Assembly (NCBI RefSeq): GCF_964204645.1
Contig: NC_134036.1
Location: forward strand, 744,001 to 808,000
DNA from: Tubulanus polymorphus
Taxonomy: Eukaryota > Animalia > Nemertea
Length of the DNA: 64,000 nucleotides
Direction of reading: 5' to 3'
Positions 13,517 to 26,770 of the stretch are shown here, piece by piece. The translations under genes and the position numbers were made by a program. Below the pieces are notes generated by a model. That model did not search any database. It had not been told where the DNA came from and worked only from the letters and a program-made list of their open reading frames with translations. Position 1 is the first letter of the stretch. Every line of letters begins with the position of its first letter.

Positions 13517-14395
13517 GGCCCGGTTCCATAATCTAATAGAAGTGGTCTTAAATCTTATGACTGGTCTTCAAGTTGTTAGATTGGTTATAGAACGAAAATG
13601 AGCTTAGACTGGTCTTAAGTTGTTAGATTGGTTATAGAACGAAAATGAGCTTAGACTGGTCTTAACCTGTTAGATTGGTAATAGAACTAAAATGATCTTA
13701 GACTGGTCTTAAGTTGTTAGATTGGCTATAGAACCAAAATGAATTTAGACTGGTATTAAGTTGTTAGATTGGCTATAGAACTAAAATGAATTTAGACTGG
13801 TATTAAGTTGTTAGATTGGCTATAGAACCAAAATGAATTTAGACTGGTATTAAGTTGTTAGATTGGCTATAGAACCAAAATGAGCTTAGACTGGTCTTAA
13901 ATTGTTAGATTGGCTATAGAACCAAAATGAATTTAGACTGGTATTAAGTTGTTAGATTGGCTATAGAACCAAAATGAATTTAGACTGGTATTAAGTTGTT
14001 AGATTGGCTATAGAACCAAAATGAGCTTAGACTGGTCTTAAATTGTTAGATTGGCTATAGAACCAAAATGAATTTAGACTGGTATTAAGTTGTTAGATTG
14101 GCTATAGAACCAAAATGAATTTAGACTGGTATTAAGTTGTTAGATTGGCTATAGAACCAAAATGAATTTAGACTGGTATTAAGTTGTTAGATTGGCTATA
14201 GAACCAAAATGAGTTTAGACTGGTATTAAGTTGTTAGATTGGCTATAGAACCAAAATGAGCTTAGACTGGTCTTAAATTGTTAGATTGGCTATAGAACCA
14301 AAATGAGTTTAGACTGGTATTAAGTTGTTAGATTGGTTATAGAACCAAAATGGGCTTATGTTAAATTGACTATAAAACAAAGTTGGTCTTAGATT
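13517..14395 (+). repeat. MITE family A with its 47-bp internal segment amplified to about 18 tandem copies
   Basis: Left TIR ggcccggttcca, then the unit ttagactggt(a/c)ttaagttgttagattggctatagaaccaaaatga(a/g)(t/c) at a 47-bp period. Confidence 0.85.
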
Positions 14396-15685
14396 ATCAA
14401 CACCAAAAATGCCATTAAAATATCTAGCTGGGTATAATTTGCGGATTCACGCACTAACAATCGGCCCTCATCACACGCTACACGTCTTTTAGTTCAACCT
14501 ATAGAAAACGTACTATTGCGACTATTACGACTATTATTTATTATTCTCACAGATTTCCGGGGCCAATTATCGAACAAATTTGATCGTACAACCGACGACA
14601 CAAAGCGCTTTCCTTTTAGATCCATTGACCGCATTGATGGCGTTATAATGGTGGAAACTGGACGCTATGGTATTTCAACAATACGCGCGGCTCAGATGCT
14701 TCATATTCCTGCGGGCGATAGAATTCTCCCTATCTCGTAATACCGAACAGTCTCGACTCTACGCGCCGCGGGACATTCTTAATCCTTACTATAAACATTA
14801 AAACCATATTGACGACGCTAATGCACACATTTATAAGGAGTTTATGCGCGCTGTGCTCTAATTGCGAAAGCTTAGGTCAAATCTAAACCTCACGTAAACT
14901 ATGATAAACTCTTTAGTTTATATGTTTACGCGTTAGAGATAACAGTTAGGACCATATGTCGTAGAAATACCTAGTAACTTATACTAAATATAGAACTAAT
15001 GATAAGAGTAAGAGATTTGAGTTCGGACTAATGGATTTACGTAAAAGATCTCGATGAAATCGGGAGAAAATCTCGATTTAACGCAGAGAATGAAATAAAA
15101 TCCTCGATCAACCAGGCTCAGGCTGCATTGAAAATTTTTACATCTTATTTAAATCTTCACAAAATTTCTGAACAAGTTTTGGGTTCGTTTCAACTATAGG
15201 AAATCTAGCTTGAATCTTGACGAAAATGAACCAAACTCCCGTTTATTTATGTAAAGTTTGAAGATTGATCCTGAACTGAAACAAATATCTCAATTTAAGA
15301 AGTTCCATGCTGATTGACACTGCGCCTAAAAAGCTGTTATTCTAATTAAATCATTGAGGTATCTCTTCGAGTTTGAGGTTTATTTCAACTACAGCAAATC
15401 TAAGCTAAAATATTTGCCGTATTTCGTTTCTAAAAGAAATATATGGATTCAATTAAACGAAGCACAATGAAGCCCAGACTCGAGACTTGTTTTTAATCAA
15501 TTTTCAAGAAATTTCAAATTTTAAAAATTTGCAGGCTGTTTTTACAAACTGCTGTAAACTATCAGTCATCAGTAAAACCATGAATATGAAAGTCATATTC
15601 TACAAACAAATCTTTAAGTAAAATCAAGATTTTTGAGACCAAAACAGTATTAAAATCATTAAGAAATATAAAGAAATAAACTTAC

Positions 15686-16375
15686 GGTCAGTTTAAAAAT
15701 ATCCGATAGAACTTTGAGAATGAATAATTCCTCGACTGAATAGTGAAGGTAATCCACTCACACACTCTCGGATATATCAAATTCACTAGCGCAGCCGCGA
15801 TATATCAAATATCTATCATTTTCATTCTCGATATATCCTACGCTGATGTTGTTGTGATATGAAAATCCGGCGTTACTAATCCGCGAATCTGAACCGGTAT
15901 ATACGTGTATGTGTGTGGTGTACCGGGCACAGTGTGAAGAAAATCAACGAAAAACTTATCCACAATTAACTATCGATTCCGCTTTCATTTATCTCATTTT
16001 ATCAAACACGATAGCTTTGTTGCGTCGATAAAATAATCCTATAATCAAAATATCGAGATATAAAAATCAAAGACGAGACGACGCGCGATATATCGATGAA
16101 ATATCGTTATTCCGTAATATACTCGCGAGAAGATATCCGAGATTTCGATACGAATTAAATCGCGTCTCGCGAGAGAGAGAGAGAATCCGTCTGCCCGACG
16201 TCGACGCTTCTAATGACGGGTGATAAAGTTCACTTTTCCTCAAAATCCGTCGTCGTCCGTAAAAAGATCATTTATCTCTTATGAAAAGCAGACGCAACAA
16301 AAAGATCTCGATATTCGGTTGTATGCGTAGATACATATACAGCAGCTAGCCTGTGCCGTAGAGGCGCCTTTATAC
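15686..16375 (-). promoter_or_regulatory. TATA promoter and long non-coding first exon (TSS about 16340-16347, donor at 15685)
   Basis: TATAAAG at 16374-16368 in a CpG-rich patch, TCTCGCGAGA palindrome at 16165-16174, donor ACC|gtaagt; no long ORF. Confidence 0.5.
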
Positions 16376-17704
16376 TCCTTCGCGTTGTCTGTATACAGCG
16401 TAATGCGTGCTTACGCTGGCGTTCCTCGACCTACACTGAGCCGCGCGATCTCAGTGTATACACACTCGCAATAGCTCGCGCTGCGCACGGAGAGAGAGAG
16501 CTCCCCGCGTAACTCTCCCCCGCTGAGCTAGACTCGTTACCACCAAACAATAAGTAAAGTTCGCAGGCGTCGACCCCTGGACAACGATTAACCCGGTCCC
16601 ACCAGGCTACCGAGACGCCGATTAATTAGAAAAATATTTCTATAGATTAATTATGAATTTTTCCGGAAGATGAACGCAGCTAGAAGATGGAAAGCATTTC
16701 ACTTATACCAGGAAAATATGAGTGAGATCATTAGGAAAACAAAGGGAAATGAAGATTTCAGGTTCAAGATTTGTTTTCCGGACCGGAAAATTGCCTTTTA
16801 TTTTAATCAGTTAATTCCATGATCTGTACATCTTAATATAGCTAATGACACTCAGAGACATTGAAAATGAACTCAATTTTAGTCAGATTTTACCCATATC
16901 CGTGGAACTGGCTCCGATGTCCTCCAATAATGGTTAACTTCCTAATGAAAATAACTCTCAATTTCAACTCTCTCATCAGACCATCTATCATTTCCAGTTT
17001 TCGCATAAAGTTGAAAGCGATTACGCATTCTTGAAATATTTTTCGAAATAATCGCTATAATTTTCTTTCCAATCGAGTTCAATCTAAATCGAAACTGAAC
17101 CAGTTATAGACGCCTAAAATGTTAAACTATTTCAAACAATAAAACAAGGCGTCCATGTTTAGTGTCAGTATATTACATTATTCACCTTCATTCAATCTTT
17201 TCTTCTATATATATTCATGCGCGTATTTTTTTCTATATTATGACTCACATTCATAGACATCTCACGTTAAAAGTGGTACTTAATGTTTAGATGTAGATCT
17301 ACTATAATTTCTACTCAAATAAAAATTCCACTTCACATTTTACACTTAATGTCAAATATACGCGCAAGGAAACACAATGACGAAGAAAAATATGATTACG
17401 TAATATTAGATTTTGTATAAAAAGGTATTTTTATTCTCTTGTTTGTATATAGTATAGTAGTTGAAGAATGAATTAAAACAAGTCTGTATTTATCCGAGGA
17501 ACTGAACACAATATATTCATGTATTGACGATGTTATATAATGCCATGTTACTACCAGAGATGCATGTGTTAGTTCAGATAAAATCCTTTCTCAATTCTAA
17601 GGCAGAGAAACATTCTTGGAGTTAATAAGATAAAATCCCACTATGTTCAGATTAAAAGAATTTAAAAACCAGAATTTATTTATTAAATCTAAAATATTTA
17701 AAAG

Positions 17705-17745
17705 ACACGACGTTTCGATCTCACCCTAGAGATCATCGTCAGGTG
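17705..17745 (-). ncRNA. Minimal type I hammerhead ribozyme motif (left arm)
   Basis: CAC-CUGACGA-U-GAUCUC(UAGGGU)GAGAUC-GAAA-CGUC-GUGU, with an intact core and a 6-bp stem II. Confidence 0.72.
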
Positions 17746-17761
17746 ATGATGAATTCAGGTC

Positions 17762-17801
17762 ACACCTGACGATGATCTCTAGGGTGAGATCGAAACGTCG
17801 T
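17762..17801 (+). ncRNA. Minimal type I hammerhead ribozyme motif (right arm)
   Basis: ACAC-CUGACGA-U-GAUCUC(UAGGGU)GAGAUC-GAAA-CGUC; predicted cleavage after 17799. The 3' strand of stem I is shortened by the deletion. Confidence 0.7.
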
Positions 17802-19701
17802 TTAAATTCTTTTAATCTGAACATAGTGGGATTTTATCTTATTATCCGTTCACCACGTTTGAGTGTGGTCATCGTTCTATTCTTGGAGTAAGTTTAAGAT
17901 CCAAAATCTGGTGGCAGTTCAAAGACTAAGAATTCTATTTGTGAAACTCCTTTTGCATCGATTTGGTCGAAGACTTCAAAAATGTCACGATCTATTGATG
18001 GGACTTGTAGAAGTTGATGAGTTGTAAATGCAATGTGTAGTAATGATCCAATGATGTAGTAATGAAGAGTTCTAAGCATTAAAGATTCTGCTCGTCAGAT
18101 TTCAACAAAAAATGAATCCAAAATTTCAAATATGCGACTTCAAAATTGTGTCAGTTTCCTGTCCATAAGAATAGTGACAATTTCATGAATGAAAATTATG
18201 CAAAACGGCTGATAATGATTTGACCATTTAAACTTCAAATTTAACTACAAACAATGTCGCCAGTTACCATAACCATAGAAACAATCTCCAACGACGACGA
18301 CAACAATGACAGAAAACACGTAATGGTCATTTGATGAGCGATGACCAATGATGTTGTTGACCGCTGGTCAGATTCAGTCAATAGTTCATTGTTCCTGTAA
18401 TAGCGCGTCCATTAACTGACACTACACTTTCCCCCGAACACACACGCGCTACGTGAGTTGGGTTTATTAAAATGAAGGACGTGAAAAGCCGGCGCTGTGG
18501 ACAATCGTTACGGACATGTGGACACAATCACCCAGTCAGACAATCTCCGGTAGACAATTTTACAATACTCGTAATTATAATCACATTATTAATATCGCGT
18601 CATTGTGTTCGCTAATGTTTAACCTGTATGAAGCGCCCCCTAGTGAGCGATTCAATAACTAATAACCGTATGAACATTATTAGCGCAAGGATTAAAACAG
18701 ATCGAAATAGTAATTGTTATTTTCCTGAGTTTGTTGTGAATTCGGGTTCTAGAGTGAATCATCAGCTTTATCGAAAAAGTTTAGTTAAACAGTTTCCATT
18801 AGTTGTTACAACATGGATGTTTAAACTAATCTAGTTTATAAGTGCGTCGATACAAATAATCCTAAATATCTTTATTTCGTGATATCTTTGATAAAAATGC
18901 TCCCAACAGACTGGAACTAAATAATTATAGGGCATATTCATTCTCACAAGGTGAACACTTTCCTTTTCAAAAGAAAAACTCATTTGTTTTTCCTCTCCTC
19001 TCCCCTCTACTCTCTCCCTGTCTCTCTCCCCTCTTCTCTCTCTACTCTCTCCTTTCTCTGCCTGTCTCACAAATCAATAAAACACCATTTGAGTTGATGT
19101 AATGGGTTTTGATTGTGTTATGTTTGTCGTGATTAAACATTATTACAAAGCTTCGTAAACTCATTCACTAGAGGGTTCCCAGACAGACAAGAAATAGAGC
19201 AGCCGGCGAGCCCAACCGACGGAGCCAGCGAGCCCAACCCCTGGAGCCAACCCGACATTAAATTTCCAACCAATCTCATTGTTGTTGTTCCTATGGCTAT
19301 GCTTCATGAAAACAAGCATTTATAATTTGAAGTAAAGATATTGAAGATTACGTAGTCATGGATCAAGAGGTCTGAATTATGGAAAGTTATAATCTGAGAA
19401 CCCTAGGGTTAGCACAATTCATTCATCATTAGATTAAGGATATAGGGTTTAAACTGACAACAATCAGCTGCATGTGTTTGGAGTAATCTTTGGAGTAATC
19501 TACCCCCCCCCCCCAGCCCCACAGTTATCAGTTCTCTAAGAGAGACAATAGATAATCAGTCACTTAGTAACAACGTCTAATTTTCATAAGACTTCAACTG
19601 AATTTTTGAGAAATTGAGAATAGAATTATGTATGCATAAAACAATAATTTAAACGTATCATTAGTAACTTAAAATCTAGAATTTACGAAATTCTTCTGAA
19701 A

Positions 19702-19814
19702 GGGTCCGGTTTTATGGACTGGTATTAACTTTAACCCGGGGGGGCTAACTCAATTCATTTCTAATCGAGTTTAATGCATGGATTAACGATAATACCAGTC
19801 TATAAAACCGGGTC
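19702..19814. mobile_element. MITE family B; a right-half fragment also lies at about 30985-31022
   Basis: Near reverse complement of 26663-26770. Confidence 0.72.
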
Positions 19815-20639
19815 CTAGATTTATCAACTAAGATAAACTCTATTGAATATATATAATTGTTGTTTTCAACATTAGGAAAATCTCAGCCCGCCAAAAATGA
19901 CATTTTGACCTCGTAGAGCGAGAGAGAGAGAGAGTGGTCAGATGACTAATATCACCAGATATTGCCTACATGAATAAGGTTAAGTGCGTTTGTAGAAGTG
20001 GACATTAAAACAGTAGAACTGAGTTTCGGATTACTAAGTGCTTGTCAGACAGTCAGTCTCTGTCTTCTGTCCGTAAGTCCCGTCTGTCTGTCTGTCACAA
20101 CAAATATGGATAAATCAGTTAATTTGAAATGTAATCTAAAACCACAATTACCAATGAGATCATCTGATTCATTGAATGCAATATGTTCCGGTTCATTTGG
20201 CCAAATATTCTAGATATTTGAACTACAGACCTCCATAGACAAATCTATGGAGACATTTCCAAAACAGTTGTAACAGTTTCAACACATTTTACAGTTGAAG
20301 TCTTCACCGGATAAGTCGTCAAATCACTTACAAGTCGTCTCTATATTCAAGTCCCGATTTATATTTTTCCAATTAAATTCGCCAAGCGTAAATACTCAAC
20401 AGCCATTAGAATCATATTCAAAATTCAAAGAGTCAAAATTTGCTTATTTGCGAATTCAATTTGCTAAAAGTTAAGTCGATGTTCGGAGAAGTCGCAACTA
20501 TCACAACGCAAAGCGAGTTCCACAGTAATTTCCTGATGTAAAAATATGTGAATTTCATTTTCTGTATTTCTGGCACGTGAGATATCTAAATCTAACGCTC
20601 TGATGCTATTTATTCAAGACACCGTCTCTCGTACGCCAC

Positions 20640-20749
20640 GTGTCTTTAGAAGTAGATCTCATATTTGTGTCTTTAGAAGTAGATCTCATATTTGTGTCTT
20701 TAGAAGTAGATCTCATATTTGTGTCTTTAGAAGTAGATCTCATATTTGT
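20640..20749 (+). repeat. 27-bp tandem repeat x4
   Basis: gtgtctttagaagtagatctcatattt. Confidence 0.9.
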
Positions 20750-21368
20750 CGAGGTATGTATCACAGATCTCGAGAACGCTATTTATGATATTGATATTGA
20801 CACCATCCAGCATCAGCAGCAGCAGCAGCAGCAGGAGTAGCAAGAGGAACGCGATGACTCAGCGAATTTCTCGATATTAATGGCTATCATTTTGAACGGG
20901 CAACAAACCCTCGCGTCATCATCGGCCGTCGTCGTGACGATGAAGATCGTGTCAAGAGTTTTCATGTAGCTGTTGACGATTGTTTGTATCGTTTTGCGTT
21001 CTGTTTGTTGAGTATATTAATTATAGCCCGCTCCGCGCGAGACGCCGACGACAACGGCGAGAATGAGAGAGAGAGTTTGAAGTCGAGTGGGAATTTCCGA
21101 TTTCAACCGATGACGACGACCGCAAAAACTCAAATTCATCATAAACTCGCTCTCATGTTGGATATAGTTAAAACTAGTGAGGATAACTGATATACGGATA
21201 ACTGATATACGGATGATAAAAGATGTTGATGACAATAGTTGCTTGTATAGGGCTTTTCCATGTAAAAGCCTTATTGACTATCAAAACTAGTCAAAGTTAA
21301 CCGGTGGATAAACCATGCTTTATACTAAACGATGCTTAAACAAAGTGAAGTAAATCAATTCAGAACCA

Positions 21369-21532
21369 GTTGCAATTCACATGTAATTATTTGACCCTTG
21401 CTAAAATTTGGCTTGGGCTTGGTACAACTTGTTTGGTCGGGACGAATAAGGCACAGGCCCATTTGGCACCCGTGTGAACAGTTGTTCCGGGCCAAATTTG
21501 GCACGGGCCAAATATGCTCGTGTGATCGCGAC
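21369..21532. mobile_element. Degenerate MITE; inverted fragments at about 23860-23935 and 35970-35995
   Basis: Shared atttggcacccgtgtgaacagttg motif at three loci; imperfect TIR gtcgcgatcacacg. Confidence 0.55.
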
Positions 21533-22440
21533 TAACTATTTATCCCATAGATAAGAAGGGTCTTATCTCAAAGACTGAAAGAACTGTAAAACCAGCAACA
21601 GCAGTAGCCGAGAATTAAAAACCTCACCGGGATTCAGAATCACAACGCCGGATCTATCAATTAATAATTGTCGACGAAATAGGAGATTTGAAGTAAATTG
21701 CACTAGAACGACCTCGATGAATAACAATACCTACTACAGACCTCCTGTGTATAAACAGTACTATAAACATCTGTATTAATTTATGACTAATGTTACAACG
21801 TAAATTTATTGTTAACTTATATTGTCAATATTATTACAATGCGTTTAACAATGATGATAACAATACTGTGTAGACAATGAATCTGGTGACATTGTTGAAT
21901 GTAAGGTACATGATGCCTCACAATAAACAATGTCTACTTTAAAGTGTAACAGCAGTTTTGAAGGACCTCAATTCATTTGACTTATGTTCACACTAGGCTA
22001 AACCCTTCACTACATTGACCTTTACACTAGGCTTAAACCCAATATTCTCGACCCCATTAGGCTGATGAACCTATCATGGGACTGAACCCTACACTAGGCT
22101 GAACCCTACTCTAGGCTCAAACCGAATATTCTCGACTGATGAATACTCGAGATGTGAGACTATTAGGAGACAGTTATCAATTCTTATATCACACGAACAA
22201 GAAATACAATCAACAATCAATGTTTACAAAGCGGCGCCAGACTCATCGATCGTCGTCACGGCGTCCGGACGTACCGTTCCGCTGACAATTGCGCAACGAT
22301 ATCATCGTAGTTGTCGGCGACGATGAATTAAGTGACAACAATCGTCTCTCATCATTGATTACAGCTAGTTTACGATTGTAACGGTTTCTATTGTTGAATA
22401 TAGAAAATCATTATTGAAATTGGGCCAATTTGCTGTCGCT

Positions 22441-22545
22441 ACACGTGAGCGATATCGAGATACACGCGAGCGATATCGAGATACATGTGAACGATATCGA
22501 GATACATGTAACAATATCGAGATACATGCGAGATATAGAGATATC
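22441..22545 (+). repeat. 21-bp tandem repeat x5
   Basis: gcgatatcgagatacacgtga variants. Confidence 0.8.
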
Positions 22546-23078
22546 AGGGGCAGAATCAGGGGGACTTTTGGAGTGCCTTTTTAATTTTGAGAACGAAGAT
22601 AATCGGAACATTTCAAAGTACACCTAGTATCGCTTTTTGGACATAAATATTGCCTCTGTGGATATCAAAGCACGATTTGGGATGTGACAAGTCCTTCAAA
22701 ACTGGCATCTCAATTTGCTCCTGGATATATGAGCAATATTGAGATATATGATAAGCTGGTAGTGAACAAAAGATGTCCTATTGCTAAGTTTGTATCTCAC
22801 CTACAATTACTATAACTGAATGAGTGAATGCGCTGAGCCTGAGGGTCATAACACTTACTACTAATCAATACTGATAAATCAATATTATTGATCATCTAAC
22901 TACTACAGTAACATTACATTATTATTAATACAATGTGTATCATGTGTAATACATGATGTCTATTGATGAACTTTTACAACTATGAAGCAACCTTTAAAGA
23001 TGGCTACCATTACATGATGTCTCCTCCGTAAACTGACAGGTTTGAGGGGATATGTTGATAACTGTTAACCCAGAGCAA

Positions 23079-23283
23079 ACCTCGGTTATCTGAGTTGGTC
23101 GACTATTTGCGGACTAAGTGAAACCTAATGTCCGATAGTCGAAACTAGTTCAAAAAGGTCGACCACAGGATTTATCCCAGTCGTTGTAGTTCGGACCTAG
23201 TTCTAAGATGGCCGACACTGTGAAATGACTGTAGTGCGTTTGATTATCAGCTCCAACCACTAGTCGACTATGTAAACCGAGGT
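23079..23283. mobile_element. Degenerate MITE
   Basis: acctcggtt...gtcgacta / tagtcgac...aaccgaggt inverted ends. Confidence 0.45.
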
Positions 23284-25802
23284 CCGACTTGAATGTAGCA
23301 ATATTCGACTGATTTGACTGAACAACTCGCTATAAAACTATATCCAAATCTACTGACTCTGAGAATATCATATTTCATTGAAAATATCGTTCAATTCATG
23401 CGATATCTCGATATTAAACCGGTAAACACGCGAGAGCACGAACTCTGTACGGTCGTAAAAACTTACAACAATCGAATTCGTGACCGAACATTTGAACGCG
23501 CGCTCATCGCGGTTGTCGCGGTAACTGACTCGTGGCGACGGTCGTCAATGGGAATTTCCGGCTCTCGTTGTGAATTCATCTCTCGATATATCGAATTGTT
23601 ATTGATTTTTACGATGATGATGAATCTCGTGAGAGTTTGTACCGGGGAGGGGGGGGGAGAGCAGAGAAATAAAACATGCACAAAATGAATTTAGGAGATT
23701 AGAATGAAACTGGGAAATATGTCGAAGGATTTGGCGCAAATAATCTTAAGACTTCAGAGAATGATCTTTGCTAGTTTCACATCAATCAGAAACATAACTG
23801 AGTCCATTAGCCCAGACTCTACTGTCCCTTAGAGTCCACGGGCCCGGACTTTGCTGCCCAGAACAACTGTTCACACGGGTGCCAAATGGGCCCCGAGTCC
23901 GTTTGGCCCGACCAAAAATGCCGGACCAGGTCACCCACCAGGGCCTATATACAAAATTCAAAATATCAAAAACTGATTATCTCCATGTCAGAGAATGGCT
24001 TGTTGAGATATAAACTTTCCTCGTCTAAAGTAGCGGAGTTGTTTAGAGATTATAAAACTTGTTGATGTGTAGAGCAATGCGTCTCTCTCTCGTGCTCAGA
24101 TCGTTACAGGTATCCAACCATAGAATATACAACGACAACTCGATGACTCACTGAGACTCCCGACGAGCTGCAACAATCCGTAAAACCATCGACAACCACC
24201 GAGACACACGCATTCCCGAAATGACAGCTGGATAAATTTTCAATTTGTATGCTGCATGATGTCATTTTATTTGATGCCTTTAAGGTGTAGATGCATCACC
24301 GGTATCGGCATCTTCCTGCAGCAGCAGCAGCAGCAGCAACAGCAGCGGTAAAAACAAATTAATCAGCGTGGAAAAATTGCAGGTGATTTGTATGTTCCAC
24401 CTAAACCATATGAGAATATCGTTGAGATGGTTGGAGAGGGCTTCAGGTCTTGAGTGCAAAACTTCCGGATCTAGTTCCAAAATTAATTTCCAATCAGTTA
24501 ACTCATTAGAGGTAGATTTAGGGGGTGTTATCTGGACCCCTGCCTCCCCATTGAGGTGGCCATTATCATCAAGACAAGTATTGTTAAAATCTCTCAAAAA
24601 TCGCATATTTTTGGATGTAGGGGCCTATATGCTTCCGAACCCCGGCCTTACTATTTTCCTGGACTCAAACTTTCTCTTTTGGTTCAGAATTTTTAGTGAA
24701 ATCTAGTTCACAATTTCAAGATATAATCAGAAGAAATTAATCAGTAATCAAGGAAATAAGACCCCTAGTAACATCATTTTGTATTTTCCAGGACAAAATA
24801 CTAACAAAGTTGTGAACGTCAGGAACAGTTGAGATCTAGCCCTGCTTATAATCGAATAGCCGTTTTTTAATTGGAATATGTGAGTTTAATTGATGAAGAC
24901 CTACACGTGGTTTATATGGCTGTAATTCAGTAATAGGATTGGATTCTATTCGATTAGATCATTCATCTCCGCGGCGCACAGAGAGAGAGTCGACGAGTCT
25001 TAGAAAGTGCTTTATAAAGGTTTCTCTAAGAAAACCAATCCGAAAACCACACATAAAACCATTAAGAGGTAGACGTGACTCATCTAGGCTCGTGTAGCTT
25101 TTACCTGTTGTACCGCGGTGGATACAATATCAATCATTATTTCGTATAGCTACATTTTTCTGACGACGATTTCGACTCAATCGAATGAAAATATTTCTAC
25201 GACCAATTTTTGTGTAAATTTCCAGGCATTCCTTATAGAAAAGTCTTGTTAACCATGATCTCTTAGAAAATATATCTCAACAGAAGAAATATTTTCTTTT
25301 TTCCAAATTAAATTCTTGTAGAAATATACGGCTTAATTCTCTGATTCTGAATGCATGCTTGAATTAGATATGTTTCATCTTGATACATTTTATAAGCAAT
25401 ATTTATCATTCAAGTATCGATATATTCGTCATTGAATGATATTTCAACGAGATTTCGAGATTTAAATAAATCTCAATCTAATTCATTTAATCGGCAACTT
25501 GAATAATTATAAACCCGTGTTATAGGGGGGATTTATGAAAGTGTTTGGCGTTAGATTATGTGAAGGGTCTCGGGTATTAACGATATTTCTAATGATATTT
25601 TGAGATTTCAATCTCGCGTAGTGTTTTACTAAGATGCCGTGTATTTTGTTTAATCCGTGTTTAATTTCCTGCTATCTGAATCTCGATCCTCTTCATCTCG
25701 GTCGCTTAGCGCCGGTATCACAACAGATTAATGACTGCAGCATCCGTCCTCACCGTCGTCGTCGATAGCAACAGCAGCATCGACGATGCATCTTTACTTT
25801 AA

Positions 25803-26276
25803 CCCCTTATCATCCTAAACTGATAAGCGGAGTTTGAGAATTTGTTCGAAAAATTCGGAAAAAAGGTTTTTATCCCATGAAAGAGTTGTAATACTATGTT
25901 AGAAACGTTTTCTAAATAATCGATCGTGAGAAACTGTCATTTCTTATTACTGAAACTATAGATCCCGCCCTGAGACCGACTTGTTTTCCTTCTCAAGAAC
26001 TTAACGTTTTGTGCTGAAATTTTTGTGGAACACGAGGAAGGTTATCGCGTATTAGGCCAAACAAAAATGATACCTCGTTTCTCCTAATCGGCCGGGTCAC
26101 TTTTATAAACTACAATCAAATTACAGTTCATTTCTACAACTGCCGGGTCTGTTATTGTTAGCTTGATCATGATTTTAGAAAAAGTAATGTACAGGGTAGA
26201 TAGGCGGCTGGATCAACTTTAAAACTCAGCGAAAATGAGAAACGTACCAGGTTTTAAGCCTCAGAGATTGAAAGGG
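25803..26276. mobile_element. piggyBac-like non-autonomous element with a nested family-C MITE
   Basis: TTAA-CCC...GGG-TTAA termini with weak TIR similarity. Confidence 0.45.
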
Positions 26277-26662
26277 TTAATAGATGGTCTCCCGTTACAA
26301 GAGTTGTTATATCAACCGTATCGAATTTATCTGCATCACCGATGATGCTGCACGTAGCATCTTACAGCATCAGCTCTCGGTAATGACGACTACTACTACT
26401 GCACAACGACTTCCATCGACTCCGCGATGACTTCGAGAGTCTCGGCACGAACGACGACTGTTGCTTCGAGCTCATCTATATCTGAGTCATCGTACCCGTC
26501 GGTAACTCTGCTGCGACGAATTCTAATAGGATTTCCGCGGTAATTCACGGCGGTTTTTATGAGAAAATAAAAGATGTTTCTATCATTTCGGTAAAAAGTG
26601 CGAAATATTCAGAGCAAAAAATAGGGGCTAAATCAGATAAAGGCGAAAAAAAAAAGGCGCAG

Positions 26663-26770
26663 GGCCCAGTTTAATCGACTGGTATCATCTTTAACCCATG
26701 GGTTAACTCAATTGAAAATGAATGGAGTTAGCCCCGGGTTAAAGTTGATACCAGTCTATAAAACCGGGCC
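26663..26770. mobile_element. Harbinger-like MITE family B (near-palindromic); a deleted sister copy lies at 26798-26862
   Basis: Imperfect TIRs of about 35 bp (GGCCC(A/G)GTTT..GACTGGTATCA..TTTAACCC); CAG on both flanks of each copy. Confidence 0.78.

Larger units (their letters stand above)
17623..17878. mobile_element. Penelope-like non-autonomous insertion: inverted pair of hammerhead-bearing pseudo-LTR arms plus a 34-nt tail
   Basis: Arms 17623-17745 and 17763-17844 are reverse complements; the right arm has a deletion of about 40 nt. Flanked by the 11-bp direct repeat ATTCTTGGAGT (17612-17622, 17879-17889). Confidence 0.75.

Noticed and set aside
17894-18079. ORF with an EF-hand-like stretch (FDQIDAKGVSQIEF)
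   Set aside because: Key ligand positions are missing and there are no convincing splice sites; probably chance.
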